Shown here: positions 59,411 to 64,000 of the stretch, piece by piece | Numbering within the stretch: position 1 is the first letter of the stretch | Layout: each line of letters begins with the position of its first letter | Origin: Gammaproteobacteria bacterium | Lineage (GTDB): Bacteria; Pseudomonadota; Gammaproteobacteria; Ga0077536 | Reading direction: 5' to 3' | NCBI GenBank assembly: GCA_963662545.2 | Contig: CAXXLL010000002.1 | Coordinates: forward strand, 864,001-928,000 | DNA: 64,000 bases | The notes under the pieces: model-generated | What the model saw: only the letters and a program-made list of their open reading frames with translations | What the model was told of the DNA's origin: nothing | Databases searched by the model: none | Program-made: the position numbers and the translations under genes

Positions 59411-59462
59411 GGGGTCAGATCTTGCCTTTTGCTAACGCGGGCAAAACGAGACATCTGACCCC
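59411..59462. repeat. intergenic palindrome GGGGTCAGAT...ATCTGACCCC
   Basis: Perfect 10-bp outer arms (59411-59420 and 59453-59462) plus inner TTTTGC/GCAAAA arms. Confidence 0.7.
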
Positions 59463-59664
59463 GGTGAGCAACAGGTAAAATAGGCCGCCAAGCGAAAATC
59501 AGGCCTGACTTCCGAGGCAATCTCCCTCTTGTTCATGGGCTTACCCTGGTCCGACCCCTCCAGGCCCCCTCATGGCCTCCAGCACCCCTCATGGCGGTAA
59601 GATCGAAGTCGAGCCGCGCTCGAGGAGCCGGTCACGCTACCTATCGTTCGTGGAGTTTCACCTC

Positions 59665-60684
59665 ATGATTCCGTTCTCGGTGCTCGATCTCGCCCCAATT
59701 CTCGCGGGCAGCGATGCGGCGCAAGCCTTTCGCAACTCGGTGGACCTGGCGCAGTGTGCTGAACGCTGCGGCTATCAACGCTACTGGCTTGCCGAGCACC
59801 ACAATATGCCCGGTATCGCCAGTGCCGCGACGGCGGTGGTAATCGGCCACATCGCGGGGGTGACGAGCCAGATACGCGTTGGCGCGGGTGGCGTGATGCT
59901 CCCGAACCATTCGCCGCTGGTCATCGCCGAACAATTCGGCACCTTGGAATCGCTTTATCCGGGCCGTATCGATCTGGGTTTGGGCCGTGCGCCCGGCAGC
60001 GATATGCTGACCGCGCGGGCCATGCGCCGAGATGCGCCTGCGAGCGCCGATCGGTTTCCCCAGGACGTGCAGGAGCTGCAAGACTTGCTCGGACCGATAC
60101 GACCCAATCAACGAGTGAGGGCCGTGCCAGGCACGAATCTCAGGGTACCACTATGGATCCTCGGCTCGAGTCTCTTTGGCGCACAACTTGCCGCAGCCTT
60201 GGGGTTGCCATTCGCCTTTGCATCCCACTTCGCGCCGGAAGTGCTGTTAGAGGCACTCGATGTGTACCGCACCAATTTCCAACCCTCGTCCCAACTCGAG
60301 CGACCCTATACGATGGTCGGCGTCAATCTGTTTGCCGCGGCAACAGATGCCGAGGCCACCCGCCTATTCACCTCATTACAACAGCAATTCACCAATCTGT
60401 TTCGTGGCGCGCCGGGTCAGCTGCAACCCCCGCTCGATGATATAAATACATACTGGTCGCCGACGGAAAAAACCGGGGTCGACCGCGCACTCATTTATGC
60501 GATGGTAGGGTCGAAAGAAATGGTGCAGGAACGACTCAAGGACTTCATCGAAATGACGGCCCCAGATGAGGTCATGATCACGGCACAGATCTACGATCAC
60601 GCGGCGCGCCTGCGCTCGTTCGAGATCGCCGCCGAACTGCGCGACGAACTCATGGAAACGCACGTACCCAAATCGAAATTTTGA
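59665..60684 (+). CDS. LLM-class flavin-dependent oxidoreductase (luciferase-like, YhbW-type)
   Basis: [40 protein letters not shown] and FASHFAP. Start set at ATG 59665. Confidence 0.92.
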   Translation: MIPFSVLDLAPILAGSDAAQAFRNSVDLAQCAERCGYQRYWLAEHHNMPGIASAATAVVIGHIAGVTSQIRVGAGGVMLPNHSPLVIAEQFGTLESLYPGRIDLGLGRAPGSDMLTARAMRRDAPASADRFPQDVQELQDLLGPIRPNQRVRAVPGTNLRVPLWILGSSLFGAQLAAALGLPFAFASHFAPEVLLEALDVYRTNFQPSSQLERPYTMVGVNLFAAATDAEATRLFTSLQQQFTNLFRGAPGQLQPPLDDINTYWSPTEKTGVDRALIYAMVGSKEMVQERLKDFIEMTAPDEVMITAQIYDHAARLRSFEIAAELRDELMETHVPKSKF

Positions 60685-60768
60685 CACCCATGATCCACTC
60701 GCTATGCACGGCTGAATCTAACGAGTTTGGACGAAAGGCAAGACCAAAGGGACCAAAGGGGACAGATT

Positions 60769-62121
60769 CTGAAGGATCCCCACGAACTTACGCATAACGC
60801 AACGGGATTGAAGTAATTTGATGTAAGGCGATAATCGATTGCTTGATGTCCGCCAGCATAAGCTTTACGGGTTGCCTGCGAAAACTTTGCAAGCCCAGAA
60901 AGACGGTGGAGAGTACCGGCCGATGCCGGGTTGTATTCGCTTGGTAATGGCGCTGCAGCCCGAAACGCTGCATCGCTTGGCCGACTAACCAAGCGACTAA
61001 TGTTGCCAACGTACCAATCAGGACGAGGATCGAGAGCCGCTCGGCGCTGTTGGAACGCGCGCTGCGGAAGTGCAGTCCCAAACGGGCATTTTTCATATCC
61101 CGGAAACTCTCCTCAATTTGCATGCGCAACTGATAACACCGCATCACCTGCTGGGCCGCGCGCGACCCCAGTGAGGTGACCAATATCCAGGGTTCGCGCT
61201 GGCGTCGTTCACAGCTAAGGCTGCGGCCACCACGGGCACGCGTGCCGCGGCAGGTCAGTTGTTGACGGCCACGCTTTTTCTTCTTCACCAGGTACAGGTC
61301 ACAGGCCAATGGATTCGATACCGTTAGTTCGACTGTCCCGATATGCCGCACACGTAAGTTGGCCATCGCATGCAACGTCCGGCACGGTTGCCAGCTTGCC
61401 TGGTTGTCCAGCCGGAAATGGGTGCGCCCGCGGACCCGACCGACCCAGTCCCAACCCATCGCTTCGACCTGTCTAAACCAAGTCGTCCGGAAGCCGGCAT
61501 CCGTGACTAAGAGCGGGCGACACCCCGGTGGTAAGATCTCTCGAAGACGGTCTAGAAACCGTTTCCTGACACCCCGGTTGTCATACGCCGACAAGGGATG
61601 TACTTCTTCGTAGAGCGTCAGTGAACGGCCTCCCACCGGAACCGCCGCACGCAACAACTGCCATGACCGATCTTCGCGCATATCCGACCAGTCCAGAATA
61701 ATTACCGGACGTGGTCCTTGTCCAAGCACCAGCCCCGCCATCGCCCCATAGAGTTCCGTTCGTTCTCCCCACAGATGACGGTTGCCAATTAACCGGTCGA
61801 CTCGCTTGATGTTGTGTTTGACTCGCGCCCCCGACACCATGGCGCGACCAAGACCCGCCAAGCTCATCTGACGACCTACCAGCAGCGCCTCAACGCTCGC
61901 CATCAATGCCGTTAGTCTTACCACGTGTATCTGCGGACAGGCTTGCGCCATCATTTTGTGCAACAATCTCAGTGCATGCATGGCGTTCTCCCGTGACCAA
62001 TTTGGTTTCGTCACCGTTATTGATCACCGAACGTCATGCATGTTCCCTATTGTTCGTTATTTATTTTCCTAAGTGGCTATTTCCCATTCGTTTTTTTGTT
62101 GTATTCATGGGGAGCCTTCAG
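60769..62121 (-). mobile_element. IS4-family (IS10-like) insertion sequence, 1353 bp, 9-bp target duplication
   Basis: CTGAAGGATCCCCACGAA matches the reverse complement of TTCATGGGGAGCCTTCAG at 16/18 nt. GGACAGATT is duplicated at 60760-60768 and 62122-62130. Confidence 0.93.
60788..61981 (-). CDS. IS4-family transposase
   Basis: IILDWSD, VTDAGF and the IS4 YREK signature YQLRMQIEESFRDMK. Start set at ATG 61981. Confidence 0.93.
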   Translation of the reverse strand: MHALRLLHKMMAQACPQIHVVRLTALMASVEALLVGRQMSLAGLGRAMVSGARVKHNIKRVDRLIGNRHLWGERTELYGAMAGLVLGQGPRPVIILDWSDMREDRSWQLLRAAVPVGGRSLTLYEEVHPLSAYDNRGVRKRFLDRLREILPPGCRPLLVTDAGFRTTWFRQVEAMGWDWVGRVRGRTHFRLDNQASWQPCRTLHAMANLRVRHIGTVELTVSNPLACDLYLVKKKKRGRQQLTCRGTRARGGRSLSCERRQREPWILVTSLGSRAAQQVMRCYQLRMQIEESFRDMKNARLGLHFRSARSNSAERLSILVLIGTLATLVAWLVGQAMQRFGLQRHYQANTTRHRPVLSTVFLGLQSFRRQPVKLMLADIKQSIIALHQITSIPLRYA

Positions 62122-62204
62122 GGACAGATTTATTTAAATAGAAATCTGTAATAAATTTCGAACCAACAACCCGGCCAATAAAATTTGTCGCCTTTGACGG
62201 CGGA

Positions 62205-64000
62205 CTAAATCCGGTCAGCTAAAAGACCATCCTGATTGCTGCTGATATGGTGGGCGATTCGCGGGTACCTTTCGTGGATGCGCTCAAGACAGTCGGCGGA
62301 TAGCCACAAAACCCGTGTGTTCGAGCGCGCATCGATCGCCGGTCCGTGCAGACCCTTCGAATGCGGCATGGCGCCGATTAGTGCACCTCGATGGAGGGGG
62401 TCATGTTCATCGCCGGAAGCGCCGTTCACGGTTGCCTGGGCGAGTTCCACGTTGAGGACGAGCCCGATTTCCGGTTCCGGATCTTCGTGGCGCCAGACGG
62501 CTGCGCCTTCGTCGTATTTTTGGAGCCGTCCCATCAAGGCCACGATATGCGTCTCGCGGCGGCTCAGACCAGACAACAGTGGAAGAGTCCGGTGCGGTGC
62601 GGTACCGAGATCGACCGAAAGTATTTCCCATAGTGTAAAAAAATACAGGCGTCCGCAGAGCGCGGGCGTGAAAGTGAGGTCTAGTATCCATGCGACGAAG
62701 AGCGTCGCCGCGGCGAGCAGGCCGAATTCGACCTGGCTCTGCAGTTCTCCCGCGGTCACGGCAAGGAATCCGACGCATAGCGACGCGGTAGTCAGGGTGA
62801 CCGGTCGAATGACCGCCGCGAGTGCATTTTCGACAGCGCGGCTCGTGCTCATCGCCCGCCGCGCTTCGCGGCTGTAGCGCGATAGCAGGTGAATGCTGTC
62901 GTCGACCGCAATGCCGAGGACCGCCGAGGCGACCAGGCTGGTGGTGATGTTGAGCGTAATGGGGCTAAGACCCAAAATGCCGAAGTAGACGAGGATAGGG
63001 AGCGCGTTCGGCACGAGTGCCAGGGCGCCGATGCGAAAGGATCCGAAGAACACGACCAGCACGAGATAAATCACACCCAGGGCTGCGGCCAGGCTTCTTA
63101 TCTGACCGCGGGTGATATCGTCAATGGTCTTTGCAATCAGAAAGGAAGTTCCGGTGACCTGTCCTTGAAGTTCTTCGGGTAGCGCGGTCAGGCGGGTATT
63201 GATGCGATCGACTAAAGCCACGAGATCCCTGGTGGCTACGGTATTGGCGCTGACGTGCAGCAGCGTGCTCGAAAATTTCGCGTCGCTGAATCGCCTGATT
63301 TCATCGCTTCCACCGAGGAGGAGGAGATGGTTGGTCAGTCTCGCGGTCGCGGGAATCGGATCGATTGCCGCGACTTCAGGGGCGAGTGCTTGGTGAAGGT
63401 TCTCGATGTAGTCTACGAGCGAAACTACGGCGCCAATTTCTACCTGGGCTTCTAACCAGGTCTGCAACGCTGCGATCACCCGCAGATGCGCGGGGTCCTT
63501 AAAGGCATCGGTTGAACTTGACTCGACGAGAATGCGAAGCGGAACTCCGCCGGAGAAGGTGTTGCCGATTTCCTCGAAGTTACGCTGAATCTCGCTGTCT
63601 TCACTAAAATTGCGCAGGACTTCTGTGCTGACTTCTATTCGCGAAGCCGCTGCGAGCGACGCGATTGCCAACACAGTCGCCCCGATCAGAAGCAGTCGAC
63701 GGAATCGACTATCGAAGCGCGCGAGCCGAGGCGCAACGGCGGTTAAACGATCGGTGGATGCATCATGTCGCCGACCGGCCGGTAACAACACCATCGCGGC
63801 GGGCGCCACCGTCAGCGAGCTCATCCAAGCCAGAAGCACGCCGAGCGCCGCGTACAAGCCGAACACTTTAATCGAGTCGATGTCGCTCAGTGCCAGTGAC
63901 GCAAATCCCGCAGCGGTCGTGAACGCGGTCAATGTGAGTGGCATGAACACATCCGCAAGCGCCGCACGTACCGCCTGTTTTCGATCCGCGCTGTCCGTGA
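62205..64000 (-). CDS. MMPL/RND transporter with C-terminal cNMP-binding-like domain (5' end outside window)
   Basis: TTAAGFASL, GIAVDDSIH and multiple TM helices. The soluble tail (LPLLSGLSRRE...YDEGAAVW...RGALIG...IDARSNTRVL...ERYPRIA) resembles a degenerate Crp-type cNMP domain. The frame is open to the window end. Confidence 0.85.
   Translation of the reverse strand, partial: TDSADRKQAVRAALADVFMPLTLTAFTTAAGFASLALSDIDSIKVFGLYAALGVLLAWMSSLTVAPAAMVLLPAGRRHDASTDRLTAVAPRLARFDSRFRRLLLIGATVLAIASLAAASRIEVSTEVLRNFSEDSEIQRNFEEIGNTFSGGVPLRILVESSSTDAFKDPAHLRVIAALQTWLEAQVEIGAVVSLVDYIENLHQALAPEVAAIDPIPATARLTNHLLLLGGSDEIRRFSDAKFSSTLLHVSANTVATRDLVALVDRINTRLTALPEELQGQVTGTSFLIAKTIDDITRGQIRSLAAALGVIYLVLVVFFGSFRIGALALVPNALPILVYFGILGLSPITLNITTSLVASAVLGIAVDDSIHLLSRYSREARRAMSTSRAVENALAAVIRPVTLTTASLCVGFLAVTAGELQSQVEFGLLAAATLFVAWILDLTFTPALCGRLYFFTLWEILSVDLGTAPHRTLPLLSGLSRRETHIVALMGRLQKYDEGAAVWRHEDPEPEIGLVLNVELAQATVNGASGDEHDPLHRGALIGAMPHSKGLHGPAIDARSNTRVLWLSADCLERIHERYPRIAHHISSNQDGLLADRI

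Noticed and set aside
59555-59595. CCCCTCATGGC repeated twice upstream of the LLM gene
   Set aside because: Two short copies in a C-rich tract with no further support.
1-64000. rRNA, tRNA (including selC) or riboswitch genes
   Set aside because: No cloverleaf or rRNA-like segment was recognised by eye. A covariance-model search would be needed to exclude small RNAs.

Overview
A GC-rich (about 60%) bacterial chromosomal segment, probably from Pseudomonadota (inferred from the gene families only). It is densely packed with catabolic genes for lipophilic, amide and CoA-activated substrates: hydrolases, amidases, three CoA ligases, SDRs, a GMC oxidoreductase, an Lrp-linked 2-oxoacid dehydrogenase E1/E2 pair, two DUF1329 paralogs and three MMPL/RND transporters. 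It also holds two IS elements (an ISNCY-like one and an IS4/IS10-like one), a ~169-bp MITE and a GTAG-type REP family. No rRNA, tRNA or CRISPR array was seen. The best lead is at 55622-56206 (minus strand). Two ORFs that the ORF track splits are really one AhpD/CMD-family gene with an in-frame TGA in a C-x-x-U motif, followed by a SECIS-like hairpin. This predicted selenoprotein heads an operon with two hydantoinase-A subunits, one hydantoinase-B subunit and an AraC regulator, an acetophenone-carboxylase-like layout with no gamma subunit. Other oddities are an internally deleted SDR pseudogene with three in-frame TAGs, a cupin gene frameshifted at a G8 tract, an IS10-like element inserted into a palindrome, and a scrambled IS/DUF1329 junction that looks like a consensus artefact from mixed haplotypes. 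All family calls come from motif recognition by eye; no database searches were run.
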